Shown piece by piece: positions 1 to 10,895 of a stretch of 64,000 nucleotides of DNA. The position numbers were made by a program, and so were the translations under genes. How positions within the stretch are numbered: the first letter of the stretch is position 1; each line of letters opens with the position of its first letter. This DNA is from Dicyema japonicum (Eukaryota > Animalia > Dicyemida): assembly GCA_011109175.1 (NCBI GenBank), contig RDEW01000018.1:803304-867303 (forward strand), read 5' to 3'. The notes under the pieces are model-generated. The model saw only the letters and a program-made list of their open reading frames with translations. It was not told the DNA's origin and made no database searches.

Positions 1-666
1 CAATTCTCAGTTCTGTTGAATCATAAAATTCAAAGGGATGCCTCCAGATACCATGATTTTTGCAGGATCTAAGTCAAAATTGTTTTTTACTCTTTGAAAA
101 ATTGATAAAACCTGGGAATTGTAGTTAAAATGTGTCTATAGCCCACTAGTTGAAAGAGTGGTATTATTGGAGAACATTAAAAGCCGGAATTGTGGAACCT
201 GCATGGTGGAGGTTGTCATGCCGGTAATTTGATCCCTTATAATAGTGGGAATCCTGATTATTGAGAATAATTTAATAGATAGGATGTACTCTCCGCGGTT
301 GTCGCCTGATTGTGTCCGGAGCCAGAGCGGATGTTTGGCATCAAAGTCTCCGAATAGTAGCAGATTCTTTAGTTTACACAATCTCAATAAGTTGGGGATA
401 TAGAAGTAGTACATGACCCATGAGGCGGGATATAGACATTACACAGTGTATTACATCTCGTCGGAGAAAAGGAAACTAGAAATCTGTTCTAGAATAAAAT
501 CCCCTTCGCAGAGAGAAGATACAAAAGGGGTGACATCCGTAAATTTAAGTCCATCATTAACGATAGTCAATAATCCTCCTCCAAGACTTCTTGTTTGGTC
601 ATTGCGAAGTACACAATATCCAGGAAAACAAGGTGTCAGGGACTTTCTAGAGAGCTTCGATTCTTA
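1..666 (-). mobile_element. Degraded APE endonuclease fragment of the Ingi/Vingi-like LINE (family A)
   Basis: Minus strand reads ESKLSRKSLTPCFPGYCVLRND...GGGLLTIV and GDFDAKHPLWLRTQSGDNRG, paralleling the APE at 10145-10799; stops and frameshifts present. Confidence 0.7.
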
Positions 667-927
667 TTATTTATTAACCCCGGATACACCGAGAAAGAAG
701 TTAAAGTAAACAACTAATTAAGTGTATCCAGTTTCCACTTCTACAGAAACAGAGTACATCCGGAATCAGCATAAAAGGTAAAATACGTCCATAGTTGCAG
801 TTGTGGAAACCCCTCCAGTGGAGTGGGGTAGAGCAAATGATCATTTTTTTTTCGTGTCGGCCTGGCACTGGGCCAAAACTGAAACTTCAACCAATTAGCC
901 ACGAAGCACCACATGGCGCTACCAGGC
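667..927 (-). mobile_element. Non-autonomous element SINE2, internally deleted copy
   Basis: Reverse complement of 7195-7518 (head gcgccatgtggtgc...ctaattggttgaag, tail ccggggttaataaa) with an internal deletion. Confidence 0.75.
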
Positions 928-1093
928 TATTTTAGCTTCGATTCTTGAATAAAAGGCAATTTCCATTACACTGCTTAGAGACAACTACAAACATTAAAGA
1001 AATAATTATTTATATATAGTATTAATAAATATTTTAATTATTTAAATTATAATAAAATAAATAAACACGTTTTTTTAGTCTTATCTATTGTGT

Positions 1094-2792
1094 ATGAATT
1101 TTAAAGAAACTGTGTATGACTTTCCATCGAAAATAAAGACTGGTAAGTCAACAGAAAGTCCATATTGGCAACAATTCAAAGTAAAATAATAAAATAATCA
1201 GAATGTGAGGACAACCAGTGAAGTTGGAAGTATATCTAATATCAGCACAATGAAATGTCCTCCTTACAATGTTGCAGTTACAAATTCAAATCGGGTAAAT
1301 TTATTAATTAATTAAAGGTTGAAATCTACAACTCTGACGCCTCCAAAAAGATTAAGAGTATCACAAACTTCAAAGACAGTGTATACTCGGGAAATTTCAG
1401 AAAAGATGGCAAGCTGTTGGTGGTAGGGGATAACACGGGGCATGTCTCTGTAATAGACACGGCCTCTAAATCTAACCTTCGCACTTTATCCGGCCATTCT
1501 GGGTTGTTTGTTAAATTGACGTGTAGTCCTGTATTTGGATGTTGTTTCTCTCCTCATTCAAATGAAAATCAGGTCATAGTTTCAGTTTCTGACGACCGTT
1601 CTATGAGGATATGGGACATTGGGACAGGAATAGCTACAAGGACATATTTGAATACTAGCACTGTATTTATTATTAATTAAAAACAGGATTATATTCGTAC
1701 ATTAACCGTTGCCGACTTTTGTCCGGATTTGTGCCTTACTGGTTTGGTGATAACTAACAGTTCAGGCTCCTATGACGGAGTGGGGAGGATTTACGATCCA
1801 AGGTTGTCTTCAAATTCCCCAATTTTGTGTGTGGAGAGTAAATCGCCTATCTACAATGTGTGTTGGCTATCAGAGAGTGGTCATTTGTTTGTGACATGCG
1901 GTTGATTGGTGATTAATTTGTAGGGAATGATGGAGTTTATTTGTGGGATTCCCTCAATTCTAAACAGTTTGTTAGTAAATTGAAGGGTCATCACAAGGCA
2001 GTCACATGTGCTGTGTATAATGAATCACTTAATTGTTTGTTGACTGGTTCTCTTGATCAGTTATTTTTATATTAATAGTAGTCATGTTAAAGTGTGGGAT
2101 ATGAGTTCGTTACAGGTTGATCACTCATTCAGATATTGTGACCAAGTCCTTAGTCTGTCCTGTTCGGTTGTAGTATTATTTAATGTAGAATGACGTACTT
2201 ATGTGTGGAATGATAATGGGATCACTTTCTGTTAGGAGTAAACCCCCAACCCCAATGAAAGCAGTGAAGGAAGTGAAAGAGATTGTGAGTACCTCTCGTT
2301 ATGTGAGACAGCCATTAAAGTGTTATGATAGAATGCTTAAAGAGTTTCGTCATTGTGCTGCCTTTGATGAGGCCATCAATGTTGTTATATTAATGATTGT
2401 AGAATTATACAAGGACTAAAGCACCAGAGGAAACTATGGCTGTGTTTTGTCAACTTATTCGTCGTAATAGAATGAGGACTGCTATTTCTGGTAGAGATGA
2501 ACACTCACTTACTCCTTTAATTAAGTTTATTATTAGGTTACCTTGAGTCCTCATTTTAGATATTTTAATGATCAACGATTTACTGTCACAATTGTTAGTG
2601 TGATTGAGACTTTACTTGGTTTGCTTTATTGTTATCATAGATGTTTATATGCCCTTTGATGGATTCTCTGATAAATTTCGTTCCAGATTGGTCTCTCTAC
2701 GACAAATGGTCAATGCTGAGTTGTCCTGTGTTGAATCAATGATGGTCGCACAGGGAACACTTACTGGATTAATCCATTTACTTGATTATTGA
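1094..2792 (+). CDS. UTP15: U3 snoRNA-associated WD40 protein 15 (SSU processome), with 10 GT-AG introns of 21-24 nt
   Basis: Spliced translation MNFKETVYDFP...YWQQFK|...PPYNVAVT...FKDSVYSGNFRKDGKLLVVGD...DYIRTL...LTGSYDG...GHHKAVTC...AISGRDEHSL matches UTP15; frame intact through all introns. Confidence 0.9.
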
Positions 2793-3033
2793 TTATATTA
2801 TATGTTTTATAATACAAAACCTTATGTCTTTAATATTAGTGTGCTTTAATCTCTATAAAAATTATTATTAATACAGTAAACCCTTATTAATCACAACAAC
2901 AAACATTTGGATGTCTTTCGGGTAGTGAAGGGAATATACTGTTTCATTGTAATTAATATAAATAATCTCTCTATTTTTAGCATCTTTTTGGTTGAGGTGG
3001 TGACATGCCTCTCTTGCACAATATGTCTTCTTC

Positions 3034-3920
3034 ATGCATTTAATCTTCCCTGTTCTCTATTGGATCATTCAATGTGAGAGGACTAACATCATACGTAAAA
3101 AGACAACACTTATGTGCGGACCTCCAACGATACGGAATATCTGTATGCTGTCCCAGGAAACCAAAGTCCCCAATGGCCTGGATGAAACAATGAACGGGTA
3201 TAGACTGCTCCTGTTTCCGTCAGACTGCCGACATTATGAGATGGGGTTTGCTATACGCGTGGACGCAGCTGTGGTGGCTTATAGAGCATAGAATATCAAC
3301 GACAGGATTGCCATCCTCCAACTACGCCTGAATACTACTCTATCGATAATCATTGTATATGCACAGACCAAGTGAGGCTTGACAATTTCTACTTGTCCTT
3401 ATCATCGGCTTACTTTTCCCTATCCAACTTCTACATGCTTTTTATAGTGGGAGACTGGAATTCAAAAGTGGGGAAAAAGCGGGACGAATCAAATTGCCTG
3501 GGAAGCCACACTCGAGGGATCAGAAATCTGTCCGGGGAGGCCCTTATACATTTCTGCGAGTCATTTGGAATATTCCTTTGTAATACGGCGTTCCGACATG
3601 CAGCACGACATATTACGACGTGGACAGGGTAGAGGAGAGACTTCTGTAAGAATCGAGTCCTTATATTTAACCAAATCGACTACATACTATGTAAGCAAAC
3701 ACAGAAGGGGCTACTAACGGACTCCCGAACGTACAGTGGCATGATGACCTCGAGTGATCACAGACTACTAGTGGCACGTCTCATTCTAAAGCGACGCTTT
3801 GGAATCTCTGGAGCACTGGCAGCATGTACGCGGAGCAGAACCTTTCCGTGGAAGCTCTATGTGCTTCCGACAATACCCGTATAAAATACGGCGAGAAAAA
3901 ATCGAAACTGTTGGAAAATG
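3034..3920 (+). mobile_element. RTE-clade LINE APE endonuclease pseudogene fragment
   Basis: SQETK, GDWNSKVG, NLSGEALIHFC, NTAF..H..TW, NQIDYIL and SDHRLL motifs; interrupted by stops. Confidence 0.75.
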
Positions 3921-3959
3921 AAAAGCTTCACTATGTCCTATGTATGGTGGGCTGGATAT

Positions 3960-4480
3960 GAATCTGTGAGGTGAATGAATAATAGCCTCACATTCCCCTG
4001 GAATCCAAAACCCTAGCAGAGTCGGGTTAAACTTAAGGCACAGGCAGTTTTGTCAGCAATAGGCGTCTAAATAATTTTTCATAGGAATTTGACATATTTG
4101 TTAGCCTGAAATTTCCATGTCAACGAACTAATACTTTCTGAAAGTGTAAACAATACTTTGTGGATATAGTTGGAAATTTCAGGCCAACACATATCTGAAA
4201 ACCTTTCATGACAAAACTAGGGTCTTTATATTGCTTGGGCGTAGGCCGTCTAGGTCTTCACTGGGAGGAGGAAATATCTGGTTGTACATCAAAAGGCGGA
4301 AGGGGAACAAATATGGAGTAACTGTCTTTTTTGCCATGCTTAGATCTCTTGAGAGGGGTGGGTGTTTAAGGAAATTTGTTCTTAGACGTCTGAGGTACGT
4401 GGAAGTATTTTGTCAATACTTCAAGAAAGAGAAGTTATTTGAGATTAATCAGAGAGTAGCAGACTAGTGTCTTTAGTATC
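3960..4480 (-). mobile_element. Degraded CRE-clade RT fragment
   Basis: Minus-strand remnants DGLRPSNIKTLV, FRRL and LGFWIPGECEAIIHS resemble DGLKPEHLSDLV and QLGVGINGGCEAGIHA in the CRE at 35162. Confidence 0.55.
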
Positions 4481-4699
4481 CTCTTTAACTGTGGTACCTC
4501 CGTTAGTGACCTCTTGTGTCTTTATTGAACCACTAACACCCATTATATCTGCTAATATTATTACAATCTACTATACGGAATTTTGATTGTGGTATAATAT
4601 AATATTGTTAAATTAACTATTAAATTATTCTCTAATAGAATTGTGGAGTAGTTCTACATTTTTATAGACATTTCAGATCACTAACATCACATATAAGAT

Positions 4700-4990
4700 G
4701 GCTTAAAAGAATGAAAAAATGAGATTTTAGCAGTTCTATTATTTTCCAATTAGCAAAGTGGTTTTTGGATGTGGTGACGTGACTCATTGTAAGAAATGTC
4801 TATTGGCTTCATGATTGATGCTTATATGAGAAGTTTTAATCTCATCTGATAAAAATTGAAACACGTGTCCCAATATATTAAAACTTTTTCTATCTAAATT
4901 ATTACCCCAGTTTCGCCAACATGTATGAGCTGGCAATCGTAAAAGCACCGGTAAGGACGTTCCCAGAGATCCGTGACTATCTGGTACGAC
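4700..4990 (-). mobile_element. Possible Penelope-like GIY-YIG remnant
   Basis: Only the short motif YRCFYDCQLIHVGETG; weak. Confidence 0.25.
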
Positions 4991-5089
4991 TTGGTATTAA
5001 AATAAAATTATCATCCTTGTTGTAAAATATGGTGAACAAATAATAATTAATAGAAATGCAGATAAATAACTAATTAAGTTGATCGGTGA

Positions 5090-6337
5090 TCAAAGAGGAT
5101 ATGTAATGGGAGTAACAATGTCTTCTAATGAATGAGTAATGAAAGATAACCTATTCTAAAGCCAGGAGTGATTTTAGATGTATTATGTACCTAAGTAATA
5201 TTAAAAGGTTACTGAATTGAAGATATTATTGTGAGAAGGGTTGACGTTTGGTTCTTCTAAAATAAATGGATTGATTACCATAAGAAATGGTTCGATATAG
5301 CATATTGTTTGGTATTGTGGTTATATTTTGATAGGTCTAAACATTAACCAACCAAATACATCAGCTGATATTTGTTTGCATAGTGGTTTCATACCTCTAC
5401 TAATAAATTAACATCCTAACTTTGACATTAAGTATATAGAATTCACAGCCCTACATTCCACAGGATCCAATTTACTCAGGTTTGGACTATCTTTACTTAT
5501 TTTTTGGAATGAAAAATGTATTTTCTTGGATGAGAGATGTCTCGAACACAATCCATGCTTTTGTGATTCTTTTATACAGTTTTGGGAACTGCACAAACGA
5601 CGCCACTGCTTTCCATTGAATTTTCTTCTTATTCCATTCGACATAATCACTGTCCCCTTTGATATTGATGGCGATTCCTTCAATTTCTGTTCAGTCACAT
5701 CTTTATGAGTACAACACAAACCAGAAGACGACGAATCAGAAGAATTCTTAAAACCAGATCTTTCCGTTATTTGTGAATTAAAAATTTTGATTTCTTCATT
5801 CCATGGGGGAACTAAGAGTCGTGCATTTATCCTGGAAACCCTCTTCTCCTCAAACATTGGGGAAATATCAGAGTTATTATATTTAACCTAATTTTTATTT
5901 TATTAATTTACTCTAATGTAACATTTTTCGAAATCTACAAAAACCGCTAAACCAATGGTGAAAGAGTATTCGTCATCATTGCTTCTATAGCATATCAATT
6001 CCTCCACTTTTATGTCATGTATGTCAGGACAGGAATCTTTAATAACTTGATTAAATTTCTTTTCTAGTATATTGTGATATTTTAGTTTGAATTTGTCTCC
6101 AAATTTAACTTCAACGTAATCGTTTGGGTAGAACTCACTGATTGTCCCAGACTGGTATGAACTGTCTCTCACAGCCAGCACAGGCATTCCAATGAAACCA
6201 TTTGTATAATTTATATTTTCATTTGTCACATTTGCCGGATTATCACTCTCATTTTCAAACAGTGAAGGAAAGCTAAATCCCGTAGAATAATATTTTTTGG
6301 GATACTTCACTGGTTTCTCTTTTAATATTTCACGCAT
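5090..6337 (-). CDS. CIC: Capicua long-isoform N-terminal module (Tudor-like/DUF4819 plus N1 motif), no HMG box seen
   Basis: [17 protein letters not shown] and [34 protein letters not shown] are diagnostic of Cic-L; GT-AG introns of 21-26 nt carry the frame to a TGA at 5090-5092. Confidence 0.8.
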
Positions 6338-7194
6338 AATTTACTAAAATAATTAACCAAAATTACATAAAATAATGGCCTATATTTTAATATTTTATTT
6401 GACCTTTAGGTATATCATGTGTACTTTATTATTTTTTAAATTATTATAATAACATTATATTTTTATATTTTTATTTATTAACATTTAATGACTTTAAACC
6501 TCAAACTCACTAGTTCGGGATCACCTAATGACCGGCCTCCTTAATTGGTCACTAATAACAATTTCTACAAATTATATCCTCATACCCTTTACACATCAAC
6601 CACTTAGAAACCATTTTTGATATATAAATTATTTGTTCTGTTTTGCCACTAAAACTCGAATCAAAAGAATTATTAATGTGGACATGTGGTTAGTGTTGTC
6701 ATAGGTGTGATAGTCATTTTGTGATATGCTGTGACTTGTGGTTTATCCACTAATTGTATTTAATTTCATTAATATTTGTTATTATAAGTGATATTTTGGG
6801 ATCACAAATTAACTGAATACAGAAAGTTTTAGAAAAATAGTGTGGTAATTGCGGTTAAATAATCAAATTGGATTTTATTCATTTATTATTTTGCTTAGTG
6901 TTAATAAAATCATTACAAATATGTTGACCTATATCAGTGATTAAAGAAACATAATGACATGTAATGACTCACAAGTCAAATTGACACAGTTTATCAACGA
7001 TGGCTTGACAAACTCACTTTCATCAGTGAGTGTTAGTAATTTCTCAATATGTGGTTCACTAGTACTATTGTCACATCATGGCTTAAGTTATTGTATGATT
7101 CAAGAGAAGATTAATACCATCAACTTATCAATAGAAGAGGCATATCCTACAAAAAACGACAATTAGAGATTCGACTGACCTTCAATATTAATTC

Positions 7195-7518
7195 ACCACG
7201 TGGCGCCATGTGGTGTTACGTGGCTAATTGGTTGAAGTTTTCTGTTTGTTTTGTCTGTTCCTCCTCTGTCCCTTCCAATTAGAGTGCCGTCATGTGATTC
7301 ACCTGTCTAGATGGTGTCCGGTGCCAGGCTGGCACGAAAAAGGATCATTTTCTCTCCCCCAATTACTGGAGGGGTTTCCACAACTGCAAGCAATGTACGT
7401 ATTTTACCATTAATGCTGATTCCGGATGTACTCTGTTGTTGTAGAAATGGAAACTGGATACACTTAACTAGTTGTTTACTTTAACTTATTTCTCGGTGTA
7501 TCCGGGGTTAATAAAAAA
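7195..7518 (+). mobile_element. Non-autonomous element SINE2: structured head, HDV-like ribozyme fold, family A LINE 3' tail
   Basis: Homologous copies at 667-927 (minus) and 52400-52572; tail actggatacacttaactag...tccggggttaataaa matches LINE 3' ends at 8050-8110 and 52320-52399. Confidence 0.8.
7284..7348 (+). ncRNA. Candidate HDV-like ribozyme fold (diverged copy)
   Basis: P2 gtgatt/ggatcat, P3 cacc/ggtg, P4 tgcc/ggca followed by C-GAAAAA; the P1 3' strand appears shortened. Confidence 0.45.
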
Positions 7519-7639
7519 CCACTCGTATACCCTACGAGTCCTTAGTTTATCGTTAGAACATTAAAATATTGAGTTATAAGGATTATTCGTGAGTTACATG
7601 ACCAACTCAACCACAAACCAATTTTTTGACTGATAAGCA

Positions 7640-8000
7640 AAATAATTAATGGGGAAACAAGTGATCCCTTCCTCTCTCAGCAATAATTTGGTGTTCTTTT
7701 TGAGGTGAAGCCCATCAACCAGGTCTACTCCCAGAATCGTGGAAGATCGTTTAGTTGCGTGGATCTAATTAAAATTTTTTCTTCACCCTTGTTTCACCGG
7801 TCTGATGGCTGATATTACAAGACGGTTGGATACCAACCACGTGTGTACTTCATGCAGTTTCAGTTGTGGTTGCGAGGAATGTGGAACGATTTCTCGTATA
7901 GTAATTAAATCATCTGCATAGAATAGCAGAAAAGAAATAGTTGCAAAACAACTAGAGATGTTTATGATGGATGGAAGATATTCTGTCCAGACCACAAGTA
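7640..8000 (-). mobile_element. Deleted family A LINE fragment (RT to 3' end)
   Basis: FYADDLIT motif and the terminal gggatcactt (WDHL-type) segment. Confidence 0.6.
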
Positions 8001-8049
8001 TTCAGACATTTTAGAATGGGGATAACCTCAAAAACTAAGAATAGTCCTT

Positions 8050-10799
8050 ATTATTTATTTAATAACCCCGAAAAGGGAACACCAAGAAAGGAGTAAACCA
8101 ACTAATTAAGTGATCCCGGTACGCCTCAACAGGATCGAGAGGTTTTTCCTGTGTTCCTTCAGAGTACCCACGGCTTTCCTGAATAGACAACGATCATCTT
8201 TCATTAGAGTTTGAAGAGGGGTGGGTTTTTCCCCAAATTTCGTGTATTTGAGGCCACTAGCCTTGAATGGAAGAAACGACTTGTTTCTTGGCCACACAGA
8301 CCGATGAAGCCGGAGCCATTATTTTTGATTGCGGCGTGGTCAAGCATTGGAAAGGAAAGACCGGGCGTAGATTCGTTAGACGTGCTAGTTTGCCAATTAG
8401 GGAATTGATTTTGAGTGAATTTGATATCTAAGCTCCATAGGCGCATGAGGCACAAGCATACTCAATCGTCGGTTTTAGGAGTTGATTGAACAGGACGACT
8501 GCCTGGACTTCAAGAGCGGTTTAATTATATTAAGTTTCCTGAGACCTTTTGTCATAACGTTCTTCACATGTTGAGAAAATGTCATCAAAGGGTCAAATGT
8601 CACTCCCAGGATAGTTGAACGAATCTGTAGTAATAAGGAGTCTTCATAAATATTCAAATCAGTGTATGTTTTTCTTTTCTGTCCATGGTGAAGATTGTAT
8701 ACGTTGATTTATCCCTGGATATGGAGAGACGATTCAACTTCAACCAGGCTCCCAGGTCGTCAATATGTGACTAAAGCTCTGATTTTGCTGTCCTCAAGTA
8801 TTTGTTCCTGCTAGCGATGATTAAGTCGTCAGCATAAGTGAGAAGCATTGAATCTGGTCCTCCAGGGCAGGGCAAATCGTGGAGGAATAAGTTGAATAAC
8901 ACCTGAGAGAGGGGCGATCCTTGAGGACGCCATTTGGTAGGAGACGGGACCTCGATCTTGCATGGCCTATACAGACACGTCCTCTTCTTCCGGAGAGAAA
9001 ATTGGCTATCCATCTTTTCAAATCCATCTGAATGGTGGTGTCAAAAACCTTCTTCGTGAGTAATGTTCTCGATACAGAATCGAACGCCTTCTGGATATCC
9101 AGGGAAACCACTATTGTCCGTAGATGGCGTTTCGGTACGTTGAACCCTTCTGATATAAATTGAGACAGTGAAGTCAAATGTGTCATAGTTGAACGCTCAC
9201 ATTTGAAACCATGTTGAAAGTGGCAGTCGGGCAAATAGGGTTTAATTTTCCAGAGTACGAGTTTCTCCATTAGGCGCGATAATGCGTTAATGAAATTGGA
9301 CGGTAGGAAAAAGGTAAGGTTTTCGGTTTTCCTGGTTTTAGGAGTGGTATTATAAGTGAGTTTTTCCATTTGCATGGGATGACGTTCTTGTTAGAAGACA
9401 AATTAAAAATTGACGTAATCGAATTGATTGCAACATTACCAAGGTGTTTTAGCAAAATTCCCGGAATACCGTCAGGACCACACGTATAAGATCTCTTCAT
9501 CGATCTTATAGTCTGTGTGACCTCGGCATGCGTAAATAAATTGATCCACAAAGTTGGTTTAAATTCCGAAGGTGACAAGAATGGGATTTCGAGAAGTCCT
9601 TGTGACGTATGGATGCGTAATATTTCATTAGGTTGTTAGCTTGCACAGTATTTGGAGCAGAAAAAGATTCTGATTCATCTGATAAGTTTAGCTTGATTCG
9701 ACGAATAGTTTTCCATAAAAGACTCGTGGATTTCATATGTCCAATAGATGATCATAGGCGGTTCCACGCCCTATCTTTCTTTTCTCTGATGAGCTTTGTA
9801 ATATGATTTAAGCATTTTATATTTTCCAAATCAGAAGAGGTTTGCAGATGATTCATCTTCAGGGAGTTTCTTTGTTTGACGAGGAGACGAGTCTCCGAGT
9901 CCAGAGTAGGCTTGTAGGATTTGTAAACTGCACGTGGTACAAAACTTTTCAGCTTGAAGTAATACATGGTTTAGATATTCCACTGCTTTGTCGATGGAGC
10001 AAAATGAGGTGGGATCAAAATGTATTAGGTTATGGTCAATGAAGAGTTTGAAATTCGACCAGTCAGCTTTCTTGTAGACCTTGAGCTTTAATTCTACGTG
10101 AGTTATTGAATCGGCTCAGTTTTAATATAATCGGATTATGATCACTATGAAAATCGTAGGAGACATGAAATCTTCGGGGCAATCCTAGAGGAAGCAATAA
10201 ATATGTCGGGGGAGGTTGGGTTGTCATTTCTTCGGATAGGTGTCCTTGTGAAGATATTCGGGTGATTCAGAATCACCATTTTTTCGAGAGAGTCGATAAT
10301 TAGACTCCCCCTCTTGTCTGCCGACTGGGTACTAAGCCATTGCGGATGTTTGGCGTTGAAATCCCCACATAGTACACATTTCATTGTCTTCGGAACATAG
10401 TTATTAGGACAGGATCCCGGCGGTGGAATGTAAATGTTGATTAGAATAAGATGTTCTGACCCATTAATAGGATCAATAGAAATTTGTTCCGCGGTCTTGT
10501 CGTGTAGAATTAAATCATCCACTTGCGAGCTCACATCGTGGAAGGATAAACCGTTTTTAATAATTGTAAGTAAGCCGCCACCACGTCCAATGCGGTCTTT
10601 TCTGATAGAGATGTATCCAGGAAAAAGTGGGGTTGTACTCTTTGTAGAAAGTTTTGACTCCTGGATAAGGCAGATGTCAATCTTGTGCTTCGTTAATAAA
10701 CATCGTAACTCCAGAATCTTTGTTTTTATTCCGTTAGCATTGAGTTGCATAATAACAAGGGGTTTTAATCCAGGGTTTTTTTCAATATCTCCAGAAAGC
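8050..10799 (-). mobile_element. Ingi/Vingi-like non-LTR retrotransposon (2A-APE-RT, no RNase H seen), 5'-truncated at the 2A motif, frameshifted
   Basis: 13-bp TSD aagaatagtcctt at 8037-8049 and 10800-10812; LLSGDIEKNPG; APE motifs QLNANG, IQESKL, GDFNA; RT motifs YRPISL, QHGF, LDIQKAFD, QGSPLS, YADD; 3' end cggggttattaaataaa. Confidence 0.9.
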
Positions 10800-10895
10800 A
10801 AGAATAGTCCTTGGTAAATGTTCATTTCGTTTAAATAATTAATATGATTAAAAATGATATAGTAAAATAATATAATTATTTAAATATTAATAAGC

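Noticed and set aside
6480-7170. Possible small gene divergent from CIC
   Set aside because: Intron-like segments exist, but no consistent spliced frame or recognisable protein could be built.
10434-10817. Many ORF-track ORFs antisense to retroelements or genes (for example 413-709, 10434-10817, 47073-47456, 49283-49687)
   Set aside because: They are shadow frames on the opposite strand of clear coding sequence, with no recognisable motifs.
10800-10825. MNIYQGLF as the start of the LINE ORF
   Set aside because: It lies in the TSD and flank (10800-10812 duplicates 8037-8049), so it is not element sequence.
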